Made by a program: the position numbers and the translations under genes | Notes under the pieces: generated by a model | Told to the model about the DNA's origin: nothing | Databases searched by the model: none | Seen by the model: the letters and a program-made list of their open reading frames with translations, nothing else | Sequence record: ON529855.1 | Length of the DNA stretch: 64,000 bases | Direction: 5' to 3' (one strand) | Shown: positions 18,396-27,905 of the stretch, one piece after another | Position numbering within the stretch: the first letter of the stretch is position 1 | Layout: each line of letters opens with the position of its first letter

Positions 18396-19091
18396 TCACT
18401 CGCTGGCGTGGCCCGCGTCGATCTTCACCGCCAGTTCGTCCATCCGGTCGGCCTTGTGGCGCAGCCAGTCGGCGGCCCGCTCGATGACCTCGACCATCGG
18501 CAGGCGGTGGACCAGACCGGACGGGAACGATCCCGACAGGTTGTCCAGCAGCTTGATCGGCGGGACGTGGCCGCAGGCGATATAGGCCGCCGCAAGGTGG
18601 TCGGTCAGGTTCATGCCGCCGCCGGTCAGGGCGATTTCATAGTCCGGTTCGTCGTGGCGACCGTTGTCGATCTCGATCAGGGTGCAGGCCAGACCCCAGG
18701 CGTCGAAGCGCGCGGCGATGGCGGCGACGCCCTCCGAGTCGACGTATTTCAGATCGACCGGCCAGCCGTAGTTCATCATGGGGTCGAAGCTGTCGCGCCA
18801 CTCGTCGTAACCGTCCGACTGGCGGAAGGCGTCTTCGAGTTCTTCGTCGGCCAGCACGGCGGCGCCGTCCACTTCGAACAGGGCGCGGGCCTTGGGGAAG
18901 TCGTCCCAGAGTTCCGAAGCGCGCTCGTCGATCACGCCCAGCGTGATCGCGGGCAGGACCGTTTGAAAGCCGGGCTCGCCGGTGTCCGCGTTGTGGAACT
19001 CCGACCAATCGCGCTCAATCGAGTCGTTGGTGATCGAGGCCAGCGAGAAGGTGGCGTCGGCGGCGATGGGGCGGGCGAAGGGCTGCGACAT
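18396..19091 (-). CDS. conserved phage hypothetical protein (ALTGGGM motif)
   Basis: AGGAGA RBS before ATG 19091; CtrA box 19145. Confidence 0.8.
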   Translation of the reverse strand: MSQPFARPIAADATFSLASITNDSIERDWSEFHNADTGEPGFQTVLPAITLGVIDERASELWDDFPKARALFEVDGAAVLADEELEDAFRQSDGYDEWRDSFDPMMNYGWPVDLKYVDSEGVAAIAARFDAWGLACTLIEIDNGRHDEPDYEIALTGGGMNLTDHLAAAYIACGHVPPIKLLDNLSGSFPSGLVHRLPMVEVIERAADWLRHKADRMDELAVKIDAGHASE

Positions 19092-19266
19092 GGGGTCTCC
19101 TGATCCAGCATGGTTCTGATGCTGTTGAACATAGGCACCATGTCTTAACAAAAGGTTAAAATCAAGCAGCTTTAGAACCCTATGCAGGAGAAAAACGGTT
19201 AACCCCGTGTTAAGGTTAACGGCCCGCGCCGGGCAAAAGAAAACCCGGCCGAAGCCGGGTCTCTCG

Positions 19267-19977
19267 TCAGATTTCGTCGGGCGGGACGCCGTTCATGTGA
19301 TCGACCGCCCCGGCCCAGGCCTCTTCCTCGCTGACGGCCCAGGCCACGTCGTCGCCCTCGGGGCCGATAGCGGTGTAAGGATAGGTCTCGCCCTCCTTCT
19401 CAGAGAAGACGACATGATAGCCCGCCGCCGAGGCGATGGTCTCGTTATCGTCCTCGTCGTCTTCGCTCTTGAAGAGGCCGTCGCCCGCCAGCAGGTCGTC
19501 AATCGCCTGATTGCCGCGCTCGGACAGGGTGTCTTCGATGCGGCGCGCGTTGTCGCGCAGCCAGCCTTCCGGGTCGTCGCCGCCGTAGCGGTCGGTCAGG
19601 TCGTCGGTGGTGAAGACGACCGGCACGGCGCCGGCGGCGCGGATGGCCTCGGTCAGGGTATAGACGTCAACCTCGGCCCAGGTGGAGTGAATGTCCGACT
19701 GGAAGTCCGCGAACTTCTCGGCCAGCCGCACCGTCTCGTCGTCGGTCAGATCGTCCAAGGCTTCGATCTGGTCGAGCGGTTTGATCGTCTCGATCTCGTT
19801 GTCGGCCAGGGTTTCACGCAGGGTTTCAGGGTCGGAGCCGATGTAACCCAGACGGTCGGCGGCGGCTTGCACCTGCGCCTTGATGGCCTCGCCGCGACAG
19901 GCGAACGTCACGGCCTCGGGGTCGTTGTTGCGCGACTGGTGGTTGAGTTGGAAAAGCTGGATGCGGGCGGTGGTCAT
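19267..19977 (-). CDS. hypothetical acidic protein (236 aa)
   Basis: GGGAGA RBS; CtrA box 20028. Confidence 0.8.
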   Translation of the reverse strand: MTTARIQLFQLNHQSRNNDPEAVTFACRGEAIKAQVQAAADRLGYIGSDPETLRETLADNEIETIKPLDQIEALDDLTDDETVRLAEKFADFQSDIHSTWAEVDVYTLTEAIRAAGAVPVVFTTDDLTDRYGGDDPEGWLRDNARRIEDTLSERGNQAIDDLLAGDGLFKSEDDEDDNETIASAAGYHVVFSEKEGETYPYTAIGPEGDDVAWAVSEEEAWAGAVDHMNGVPPDEI

Positions 19978-20038
19978 GTCGGGCGTCTCCCGGTGAATGT
20001 CGATGATGCGACCCTAGAGGTCAGAGGTTAACAAGAGG

Positions 20039-20146
20039 TTAACCGACGGTGTAGCGGCGCCAGATTTGTTGCCCCAGCATGACGGCGAACACCGCCAGCA
20101 TGACCAGCACGGTCATGACCAGGGTTCGGGGGCCGGGGCGGGCCAT
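20039..20146 (-). CDS. small single-pass membrane peptide (35 aa)
   Basis: Hand translation MARPGPRTLVMTVLVMLAVFAVMLGQQIWRRYTVG; TGATG coupling; stop inside box 20028. Confidence 0.6.
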   Translation of the reverse strand: MARPGPRTLVMTVLVMLAVFAVMLGQQIWRRYTVG

Positions 20147-20607
20147 CAGTCGCCCTCGTCGTCAAGGGTCTCGATGTCGCGAATGCTGCCCTCCCACAGG
20201 TCGCCGGTCGGCCAGTAGTCAAGCTGCATCTTCACGCGCGCATGACCGGCGTCCGCGTCGGTCAGCCCCTCGGTGATGATCTCGACGATCTCGCCCCGGT
20301 CGGCTTCATCCCCGACGTAGGCGCGCTGCCCCACTTCCCAGTCGCCGACCTCGACCTCGTCGTCCTCGTCCTCTTCATCCGTGTAGGGTTCCAACCCGCG
20401 CATGGCGTCGGCCCAGGCCGTGACCGCCGCGACGTTGTCGCCGAGGATCGGGGTGGTGGAGCCCCACTGATGATAGGAGCCCTCGTAATAGGAGGCCTTG
20501 ATGAAATGCTCCAGACCGCCGGGCTCGCGGCGGTGGAACACGACCCAGGCGCCGTCTTCGGCTTCTTGCGCGCTCGGGCCGCGAATTTCGATCAGCTTGG
20601 AAGTCAT
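20146..20607 (-). CDS. hypothetical acidic protein (153 aa)
   Basis: AGGAGA RBS; CtrA box 20658. Confidence 0.8.
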   Translation of the reverse strand: MTSKLIEIRGPSAQEAEDGAWVVFHRREPGGLEHFIKASYYEGSYHQWGSTTPILGDNVAAVTAWADAMRGLEPYTDEEDEDDEVEVGDWEVGQRAYVGDEADRGEIVEIITEGLTDADAGHARVKMQLDYWPTGDLWEGSIRDIETLDDEGD

Positions 20608-20763
20608 GACGGGTGTCTCCTGTCGGATGGCGTTGAAGCCTGTCTAGCAGGAAGGTCTTAACAAGAAGTTAACGCGAAGGGAAGTCGTATTTTAACTTTC
20701 CGTTAAGGTTAACGGACGGCGGTCGGGAAAGAAACGCCCGGCTGTCTGAAGCCGGGCGTGGGG

Positions 20764-20958
20764 TTAGCGGCGTTCGCCGATGGACTCGATCAGGAGGCAG
20801 CGGCTGACCAATAACGGCAGGTCAGAGCCCCGCCGGTTGCGGGGCTTCCCCGCCTTGGTGTAGGCGCGTAGGCTGAGGGAACCGCTCGCCAGTTCCGCGC
20901 GGCTGACATAGGTCGATCCGCCGAGGATGAACGAGACCTGTTCGACGGCGGGTCTCAT
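20764..20958 (-). CDS. hypothetical protein (64 aa)
   Basis: ATGA overlap with upstream gene. Confidence 0.55.
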   Translation of the reverse strand: MRPAVEQVSFILGGSTYVSRAELASGSLSLRAYTKAGKPRNRRGSDLPLLVSRCLLIESIGERR

Positions 20959-21575
20959 ACAGGCCCCGCGCCGACGTAGGCGGCGGTTTCTGCCAGCACG
21001 GCTTCAAGGGTCGCGTCGGCGATCATGTCGTCGGCGCTATACTGGCGCGCGGCGGCGCGGTAGGCGGCGGCGGTCGCCTTGGACGGATCGTCGCGGAAGG
21101 CGTCGCAGGCCTGATCCAGGGTCGTCACGCCATGATCCTCCTTAATCGTCAGCAGCGGTTCGTCGCGGCCGATGGCGTAGAGGAAGACCGACACGTCGCG
21201 GTCGGGCTGGGCGAAGCCCTGCTGATTCCAGATCATCCCGGCGAAGTGCTCGGCGGCCTCGCGATCCATCGTGGCGGCGATCCGGTTGTCCAGCACCGTG
21301 TCCGTGCGATGGTCGAAGGCGACGACGCGGAAGCCGGGCAGGGCGGCGGGCTGCAACGCGAACTCGTAGCGCACGTCTTCTTCGGCGATCCAGCGGCTGA
21401 TGTCTTCGATGGTCGGCAGCAGATCGTCCGGGGCGTCGTTATCGGCTTGCAGTTCGCGCACGACGTCGTTCAGGGCCTCGGCCTCGCTGACATGGATCGA
21501 GGCGCCCAGCCCGCCCGAAGTGGACGTGACCAGAATGACCAGGGCGGGCAGGCCGGGGATGGCGGAAAGCTTCAT
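20955..21575 (-). CDS. hypothetical protein (206 aa)
   Basis: GGGAGA RBS; CtrA box 21621. Confidence 0.8.
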   Translation of the reverse strand: MKLSAIPGLPALVILVTSTSGGLGASIHVSEAEALNDVVRELQADNDAPDDLLPTIEDISRWIAEEDVRYEFALQPAALPGFRVVAFDHRTDTVLDNRIAATMDREAAEHFAGMIWNQQGFAQPDRDVSVFLYAIGRDEPLLTIKEDHGVTTLDQACDAFRDDPSKATAAAYRAAARQYSADDMIADATLEAVLAETAAYVGAGPV

Positions 21576-21631
21576 GGGGGGTCTCCCGTTGTTCGATGCT
21601 TGAGGTATAGGCGGAAGGTCTTAACAACCCG

Positions 21632-21970
21632 TTAACAGCCGCGAAAATCTTCCGCCTTGCCGGCCTTGATGTCATGGGCGCGCTGCAACCACGCCAAGGC
21701 GGTCTCGACGTTGGCGTAGCGCCCGCCGAACATGAAATCGTGGTAGGGCTCCCAGCCGTCGATGCTGTAGTTCCCATACCCGGCGGGGCGGTAAAGGATC
21801 GCGGACTTGCCGTCGCGGCCGATCATGTCGCGGGGCAGCCAGCGGCTGACGCCGTCCTCGCACGTCACGGCGGTGTTCAGATAGCTGATGGTGTTGAGGC
21901 CCAGGTCATCGGCGCGGGCGTGGAAGTTTCCCGGCAGCTTGGGGGCGGGTTCGGCTTTGCGTCGGGCCAT
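21632..21970 (-). CDS. hypothetical protein (112 aa)
   Basis: AAGGAGA RBS; CtrA box 22012; stop inside box 21621. Confidence 0.75.
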   Translation of the reverse strand: MARRKAEPAPKLPGNFHARADDLGLNTISYLNTAVTCEDGVSRWLPRDMIGRDGKSAILYRPAGYGNYSIDGWEPYHDFMFGGRYANVETALAWLQRAHDIKAGKAEDFRGC

Positions 21971-22191
21971 GGGGGTCTCCTTCGTTGAGGCTCCCTTGTC
22001 GCACGGATTCGTTAACAATAGGTTAACGCGGCGCGTTTATTTTCCGTTAAGGTTAACGGCCAGGCCGGGACCGAAAAAGCCCGCCGGGGGAGACAACCCG
22101 GCGGGCTCGGTTCAGATCAGCGCCAGCAGGCTGAGCGCGATCAGAAGGTTCATGGCGATGACCGGGCGGACGTGTGTCCTCAGGACGGCGG

Positions 22192-22503
22192 TCAAGCGAC
22201 GGGCTCCGGGAAGCGCATCCCGTCGCCGGTCTGGACTTCCAGCGCGGTCGCGGCGGGCTTCAGCCCGGACTGTTCCAGATCGACGCCCAGCGAGCGGACG
22301 GCGTCCTTTTCATCCTCGCGCCAGGCCCCGGCGACCGGGATCGCGCGTTCCAGCACCTTCTTGCGGTCGTCCTGATAGGCGCCGAGCGCCCGGAACTGGA
22401 CCGGCGAGGCCTTGGTGCGCTGGCGGCTGAGCATGGTCACGACCAGCCGACGCTGCGGCGAGACGGTGATGCGGAAGGTTCGCGTGACGGTGGGTGTCGG
22501 CAT
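22192..22503 (-). CDS. hypothetical protein (103 aa)
   Basis: AAGGAGG RBS. Confidence 0.7.
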   Translation of the reverse strand: MPTPTVTRTFRITVSPQRRLVVTMLSRQRTKASPVQFRALGAYQDDRKKVLERAIPVAGAWREDEKDAVRSLGVDLEQSGLKPAATALEVQTGDGMRFPEPVA

Positions 22504-22670
22504 TCAGGCCTCCTTTCGGGGGAGTTGTTTCAGAGCCCAGCGCCGGGCCGCCCCTCGGGTCGGCAACGGTCTGGACATGGCGATCAGGGTGTTGTCGCCG
22601 TTCCAGGCGGCGCCGTAGTAGGTCCCGTCAGGACAGGCGGCGGTGGTGACGTAGGCGGGGGCGCGCAAGG

Positions 22671-23045
22671 TCAGTCCTCATCCTCAAAGACCAGAGCGAA
22701 CTCGCTGTCGGGGTCGTTGAACTCCAAGGCCGTGGATTCGGCACAGGTGGTGGTGCGCGAGTGACCGAAGACGCCGGTCGCCTCGTCCTGCGAAACGACC
22801 GTGTAGGTCATGCGGACATCGGTGATGTTGGCGAAGTCGCCGAAGTGCTGATCGCGGCGGATCAGGCCCGAAATCGCGGCGACCTTGGCCGAGGCCAGCA
22901 GTTCGCGGCGCAGCGACTGGACGGTGTCGCGGGCCTCCGCCGAGCCGTTGAACGGCCGAACCAGTTCCAGCGTCGCGATGAGGCTGATCGTCTGGTTCAT
23001 CCAGCCGGTCCCGACCAGATAGAGTTTCAAGGCGGCGTGGCTCAT
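22671..23045 (-). CDS. hypothetical protein (124 aa)
   Basis: AAGGAGA RBS; CtrA box 23095. Confidence 0.75.
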   Translation of the reverse strand: MSHAALKLYLVGTGWMNQTISLIATLELVRPFNGSAEARDTVQSLRRELLASAKVAAISGLIRRDQHFGDFANITDVRMTYTVVSQDEATGVFGHSRTTTCAESTALEFNDPDSEFALVFEDED

Positions 23046-23105
23046 GCGGGGTCTCCTTCCCGGTGGTCGATGGTCTGACCCTACAGGCCAGAGGTTAACA
23101 GGAGG

Positions 23106-23621
23106 TTAATCGGCGAAGATTTCCGACAGGGGAGGGATGATTTTGTAGGGGATCGCCTCGACGCTGGCCTTGTTGAAGGCGCCCAGATAGGTCTTGTAGT
23201 AGCGGGCGCGCTTGCCGTCCGTCATCAGCTTCCACTTGGTCGCGTGACCCGGAATCCACTGCTGATTGTCGGCGGCCTCCATGGCGGCGATGAACTGCGC
23301 CACGGTCGGGCCGTTCGCCTCGGCGTCGGTCGGCTCGATACGGGTCAGTTCGTGCCAGGGATGGTCGTCCTTGTAGTGACCGCCGGCGCCGTCCGACGAC
23401 CAGTCCGCCGCCTCCAGCCCGACCAAGCCCGGCAGGAAGTCCTCGCCGTCGCCGGTCAGCAGGGCGTCTATGGCGCACGCCTGTTCCAGCGACATCGCGC
23501 CGTCCAGCACGACCTCCAAGTGCTCTTTGTAGTTCGCGGCGTCGCGATACATATAGCTGACGCAGGTGTTGCGCTTGGGCTCGGCGAAGTCCGAGGCGAT
23601 GACGAAAGACGGCTCGATCAT
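23106..23621 (-). CDS. conserved phage hypothetical protein (Y-YRDA-NYK motif)
   Basis: GGAGGAGA RBS; CtrA box 23673; stop inside box 23095. Confidence 0.8.
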   Translation of the reverse strand: MIEPSFVIASDFAEPKRNTCVSYMYRDAANYKEHLEVVLDGAMSLEQACAIDALLTGDGEDFLPGLVGLEAADWSSDGAGGHYKDDHPWHELTRIEPTDAEANGPTVAQFIAAMEAADNQQWIPGHATKWKLMTDGKRARYYKTYLGAFNKASVEAIPYKIIPPLSEIFAD

Positions 23622-23683
23622 GGTGTCTCCTCCATGGGTGATCTCGATTGAGACCACCCTACAGGCAAGAAGTTAACAAGAGG

Positions 23684-24166
23684 TTAATCGGCGGCGGGAA
23701 CTTTGAGGTCCACGCCGAAGACGTGAACCAGTTCGCCGCTCGGCTTGCGCACGATCACGCCCAGCCACTTCTCCTCGACAAAATAGCCCGTCACCTCGGC
23801 GTCGCCGATTCGGTTGACGGCGACGCGCACGGTCGCGCCGACCTGGGGCGGTGAATCCTCGCCGGACCACAGGACAGCGCCTTCGATGCCCGGCGGAAGC
23901 AGGCGGCCGTCTTCCCAGCGCGCCAGTTCATAGGCGGGCAAGTGCGGACGCCACAGGGGCGCATAGACATCCATCAGCCACGACGGGCCGTAGGTGTTGC
24001 GGATCGCGCGCAGGAGATTGCCCGCGTCCTCCTGCGTGTCGCCGCCGGTCGCCCACAGAATGGTCAGATGCTCTTTCCAACCGCCTTCGACCTTGGCGTA
24101 TTTGTCGGCGAAGTTCAGCAGGGCGGCGGACGCCTCGGGCGTCAGGGCGGGGTAGGTGTCAGGCAT
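23684..24166 (-). CDS. hypothetical protein (WK--L---W--G...LR-IRN-YGP-WL motif)
   Basis: GGGAGA RBS; CtrA box 24210; stop inside box 23673. Confidence 0.8.
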   Translation of the reverse strand: MPDTYPALTPEASAALLNFADKYAKVEGGWKEHLTILWATGGDTQEDAGNLLRAIRNTYGPSWLMDVYAPLWRPHLPAYELARWEDGRLLPPGIEGAVLWSGEDSPPQVGATVRVAVNRIGDAEVTGYFVEEKWLGVIVRKPSGELVHVFGVDLKVPAAD

Positions 24167-24340
24167 GGGGCGTCTCCCTTGTTCGATGATTCCTTGTAGC
24201 GGCGATCTCTTAACAAGAGGTTAACGCCGTGACAAGAGCGCGCGGGCGTTAACCTTAACGCGACGTTAAGGTTAACGCCCGGCTAAAGGGAAAGACGCGC
24301 CGCCGGGGGAGACAACCCGGCGGCGCGGCAGGCGGCGGCC

Positions 24341-24901
24341 TCAGACGTCGAGGTCGCCGTATTGCGTCCCGCACTGGACGATTTCGCCGGTGGCGTCATC
24401 CCAGTGGATGCGGTTCAGGCGCAGCTTGTTGCCGGTGCGGGCGTGGGTCCATTCCACCTGACAGGTAATCATGTCGTCGAAGACCGCCGAGGGCGCGCCG
24501 TATTGCGTCCAGTCCACGCCGCCCCGGTCGTCAACCTGCTGCTTGGCGTCGGACAGGATGCGGGCCAGAACCTCGGGCATCAGGCGGCCGGGCGCCTTCT
24601 TGAGGCCGTAGGCCCCGCGTCCGTTGTTCGCCATATTGCTGAAGTTCGTGAAGTCCTGCGTGTAGTTCTCGACCTCGATCGACCCCGGCTGGGGCAGGTC
24701 AAACATCAGGTCCGACAGCATGTCGCCAACCGTATAGGTCTCGGTGGCGGCGTCCAGCTTGTCGGCCAGTTCGGCGCCCTCGTCGCCCGGCTGGACGTAG
24801 AGTTCGGCGCCGTCAGCGCGGCGCGCCAGGACGCCGCCCATCGAATCACGCCACGCCTTGAACGCGCCGTCGTCGCTCTCCCAGGTCGGAGCCTTGCTCA
24901 T
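24341..24901 (-). CDS. hypothetical protein (186 aa)
   Basis: ATGA overlap with upstream gene. Confidence 0.75.
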   Translation of the reverse strand: MSKAPTWESDDGAFKAWRDSMGGVLARRADGAELYVQPGDEGAELADKLDAATETYTVGDMLSDLMFDLPQPGSIEVENYTQDFTNFSNMANNGRGAYGLKKAPGRLMPEVLARILSDAKQQVDDRGGVDWTQYGAPSAVFDDMITCQVEWTHARTGNKLRLNRIHWDDATGEIVQCGTQYGDLDV

Positions 24902-25311
24902 GCCTCGGCCTCCTCTTCGACTTCGGCGTAGGCGCTGGGGATGCGCTGGCCGGTGTGGTCGCAGAACAGGTCCGCGTTCTCATAGTTGATTTGGGCGCCG
25001 TCGATCCGCCAGCCGGTCGAACAATCGTTCAGGTGGTCATAGCAGACCTGGGCGAATTGTTGCTGCACCGCGTCGAACGACAGGGCGGCGCCGTCGCGGG
25101 TGACGAAGTAGAGCGGATAGCCGCCGAGGTCCGTGAAAGGTCCGGCGCGCAGCGCGGCCTTGACCTGCTGAAGGGCCTTGATCGGGCGGGTGTCCGAGAC
25201 GAGCAGCGGTTGGCGATAGCCGCAGCGCAGGGGCGGGCGCTTCGACCAGTCAGGGTCGCGCGTGTCGAAGAGGTCGCCGTGGCTGACGAAAAGGTGGGCG
25301 GGCAATGTCAT
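24898..25311 (-). CDS. conserved phage hypothetical protein (GGYPLYF-T-DG motif)
   Basis: GGAGGAGA RBS; CtrA box 25357. Confidence 0.8.
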   Translation of the reverse strand: MTLPAHLFVSHGDLFDTRDPDWSKRPPLRCGYRQPLLVSDTRPIKALQQVKAALRAGPFTDLGGYPLYFVTRDGAALSFDAVQQQFAQVCYDHLNDCSTGWRIDGAQINYENADLFCDHTGQRIPSAYAEVEEEAEA

Positions 25312-25478
25312 GGGGTCTCCTCCCGTTGCTGACCCTCCCTGTATCGCACGAAGTTCTTAACAACAAGTTAACGCCGCGATTTATTTTCAGCGGGGGAGGC
25401 GGCGGCGTTAACCTTAACGCGCCGTTAAGGTTAACGCGAGCGGGTCGCAGGAAGAGAGAGGGCCGTAGCCCTCTCCCC

Positions 25479-25988
25479 TTATTGCTGCTCGACATGAGCG
25501 CGGTAATAGGCGACGCCTTCGGCCTCAGGCATCAGGTTCAGGATCACCGCCTGAGGCTGCTTCTCATGGATGACCTTGACGTGGGCGGCGAGCGGGTGCG
25601 GCGCCGTCAAGTCCATCTGGAAGATGCCGGGCGAGCCCGGTTTGGTGAAGAGGACTTTTTTCTTGATGGTGCGGCGATAGGCCTTGAGCCATTCGTGGGC
25701 GGTAATCTCCTCGCCGATGAGCAAAGACAGGTCCATGTCGATCAGGCCCAGCCCTTCGGACAGGTCGAACTGGGGATAGGTCGCCTTGATGCGCGCCTCC
25801 AAGGCGGCGAGGTCGTCATAGGTGAATCGGCCGACCGGGTGGATGCGGTCTTCGCCGCCCTGGCCGGTGTTGGAGGCCTCGGCGAACTTCTCGCCATCGA
25901 CATAGACGGTGGCGGTGTAGGCGGTCGTCTCCTCCGACAGGGACGGCATGGTCTTGAGGTTCTTGAGGGTGATGACGGGTTTCTGCAT
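25479..25988 (-). CDS. conserved phage hypothetical protein (SEET-A--A-VY-DG...N-G-GG motif)
   Basis: AGGAGA RBS; CtrA box 26033. Confidence 0.8.
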   Translation of the reverse strand: MQKPVITLKNLKTMPSLSEETTAYTATVYVDGEKFAEASNTGQGGEDRIHPVGRFTYDDLAALEARIKATYPQFDLSEGLGLIDMDLSLLIGEEITAHEWLKAYRRTIKKKVLFTKPGSPGIFQMDLTAPHPLAAHVKVIHEKQPQAVILNLMPEAEGVAYYRAHVEQQ

Positions 25989-26126
25989 GGCGGTCTCCTG
26001 ATCCGGTGATGTCTCACCCTAGCCGCAAGGTCTTAACAAATCGTTAACGCCGGTCAGCCTCGGCGCTGCGTTAAGGTTAACGCGGTCGGGTCGCAAAAAG
26101 GCGCCCGGTCGAAGCCGGGCGCTGGT

Positions 26127-26267
26127 TCAGGCGGCGGTGCGGTAGCGGGTGTGGCCCCGGTCCCAGGCGTAGGCCTCGACCGATCCGCTCGGGTGGGGGT
26201 TGTTCCACCACTTGACGCCCCGGTGCGCGGCGGCGTAGCCCGCGCCTTCGATCTGGGCGGCGTCCAT
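26127..26267 (-). CDS. small Rmf/CrpP-like motif protein (46 aa)
   Basis: MDAAQIEGAGYAAAHRGVKWWNNPHPSGSVEAYAWDRGHTRYRTAA; TGATG coupling; followed by a terminator. Confidence 0.6.
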   Translation of the reverse strand: MDAAQIEGAGYAAAHRGVKWWNNPHPSGSVEAYAWDRGHTRYRTAA

Positions 26268-26512
26268 CAGGCGCCGATCCGGTGGGCCGGGCAGAAGCCC
26301 GACACGACCTTGACGCGACCGCGCTTGAAGCCGGGGCGCAGGGCGCGCGCCGAGCGTTCGGCGTCGGCGGTCTTCATGTGGCCGCAGGCGCAGGATGCGC
26401 CGGGGTCGCGGGCCTGGGCCTCGCGCACCTTGTCGGCGCCGGCCTGGGTGCCGAGCCAGCCGCAAAAGGGCTCGCCGCCGACCGTGATGTGTGCGGGTTG
26501 AGTGTTCGTCAT
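26267..26512 (-). CDS. small Cys-containing protein (81 aa)
   Basis: AGGAGG RBS. Confidence 0.65.
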   Translation of the reverse strand: MTNTQPAHITVGGEPFCGWLGTQAGADKVREAQARDPGASCACGHMKTADAERSARALRPGFKRGRVKVVSGFCPAHRIGA

Positions 26513-26521
26513 CGGGGCCTC

Positions 26522-26719
26522 CTATAGGTTCAGGGCGGCGTCGAACGCCTGGGATTGCAGTTTCTTGGCGGCTTCGGCCTCGGCGGGGTAGAGCCGGGCC
26601 AGACCGTCGAAGCGCTCTTTCTGATGCGAGCGCTCGCCCTCGGCGGCGGTCATGTGCATGACCTCGCTCCACAGGTGGGCCATTTCGAGGATCAGGACGG
26701 AGCGGAGGGAAGCGTTCAT
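26522..26719 (-). CDS. hypothetical protein (65 aa)
   Basis: AAGGAGA RBS; CtrA box 26761. Confidence 0.7.
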   Translation of the reverse strand: MNASLRSVLILEMAHLWSEVMHMTAAEGERSHQKERFDGLARLYPAEAEAAKKLQSQAFDAALNL

Positions 26720-26771
26720 GACGGTCTCCTTGTTGACCTCGCCACCCTAGCAGCGAGGTCTTAACAAGAGG

Positions 26772-27269
26772 TTAACAGCGGCGAAGCATTTCGCGCATCA
26801 GGGCTTCCTCGTTGCGGGCGATGTCCAGCGCGGCGCGGTCGTGGCCTTGCTCATGCGCCTGCTTGGCCTGCTGTCGGCAGATGTCCTGGCGCTTGCGGAT
26901 GTCGGCCTCCGACAGGGTGCGGAACAGGGCGTCGGCCTCCTGATCGACCTTGACGGTCCAGTGCTGCTGCGATTCGTCGTCGGCGCGCAGGTGGGCGGGG
27001 AAGTAGGCCTGGGGCGCCGGGTCAGCCGGGACGGCGGCCGGGGTGTAGAGCCCCAGCACGACCGCCAGCGCGTCGCGGTGAAACTGCGAACCGTCCATCG
27101 CCGAGTTCAGCACGAAGGCGCGCGCCTCCAAATCATCGCCGAACGTCGGCGATTCGTCCTCGCGATGGATTTCATAGCGCGGGGCGTCGTAGCCGTCCGT
27201 GGTGTCGAACAGGCCCCAGCCCTCGGCGCAGGCGCGGTCTTCATCAAAAGGAATGGGCGTGGTTTTCAT
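26772..27269 (-). CDS. hypothetical protein (EGW-LFD...EI-R-DE motif)
   Basis: AGGAGA RBS; CtrA box 27314; stop inside box 26761. Confidence 0.8.
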   Translation of the reverse strand: MKTTPIPFDEDRACAEGWGLFDTTDGYDAPRYEIHREDESPTFGDDLEARAFVLNSAMDGSQFHRDALAVVLGLYTPAAVPADPAPQAYFPAHLRADDESQQHWTVKVDQEADALFRTLSEADIRKRQDICRQQAKQAHEQGHDRAALDIARNEEALMREMLRRC

Positions 27270-27427
27270 CGGGGTCTCCTGTCGTGGTCGGCGTCTGTTC
27301 TAGCACCGATTTGTTAACAAGAGGTTAACAAAGTTCGCGGCGGCGCCGGGCGTTAACCTTAATGCGCTGTTAAGGTTAACGGCGGGCGGGCGAAAGGGAC
27401 GCCCCGGCGCGAGGCCGGGGCGCGGGG

Positions 27428-27640
27428 TCAGTAGGGCCGGTCGAGGATGCGCCAGCCGGGCTTGTCGTCGGGGCCGGTCTCCGGCTCGACCTGATAGACG
27501 GTCCAGCGCTGGCCCATCGGCGATTGCAGGGCGGCGGTGGTGTCCGGGTAGGTCTTTTCGGTCACGTCGCGGTCGTCCTTGGCGAGCCAGTCGCCGACCC
27601 ACGGTTCGCCGGTGCGGTGCAGCAGGTAAACGGCCCCCAT
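27428..27640 (-). CDS. hypothetical protein (70 aa)
   Basis: TGATG coupling. Confidence 0.65.
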   Translation of the reverse strand: MGAVYLLHRTGEPWVGDWLAKDDRDVTEKTYPDTTAALQSPMGQRWTVYQVEPETGPDDKPGWRILDRPY

Positions 27641-27852
27641 CAGACGACCGCCAGCAGGCGCGCGTGCGAGGTCTCGACCGAATAGGCCTCGATCTGGAGC
27701 CCCGGCAGGGCGGCGCGCAGTTCGTCGCGCACAGCGAGGGCTTCGGCGGGGTCTTCGGTGGTCAGGCGCAGTTCGCCGATCCGGCGGGCTGGGGCGCCCT
27801 CGGCGGCGCGGCGCGACAGTTCCAGCCGCAGGTCGTAGGGGGTGTCGGTCAT
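27640..27852 (-). CDS. hypothetical protein (70 aa)
   Basis: GGGAGA RBS; CtrA box 27895. Confidence 0.7.
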   Translation of the reverse strand: MTDTPYDLRLELSRRAAEGAPARRIGELRLTTEDPAEALAVRDELRAALPGLQIEAYSVETSHARLLAVV

Positions 27853-27905
27853 CGGTGTCTCCCGTGATTGAGCGTCCGGTATAGCCGGAAGGTCTTAACA
27901 AATCG

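Noticed and set aside
22438-22668. Possible TTG-start ORF between 22503 and 22671
   Set aside because: Plausible RBS, but the frame runs about 65 nt into the next gene; cannot be supported without homology.
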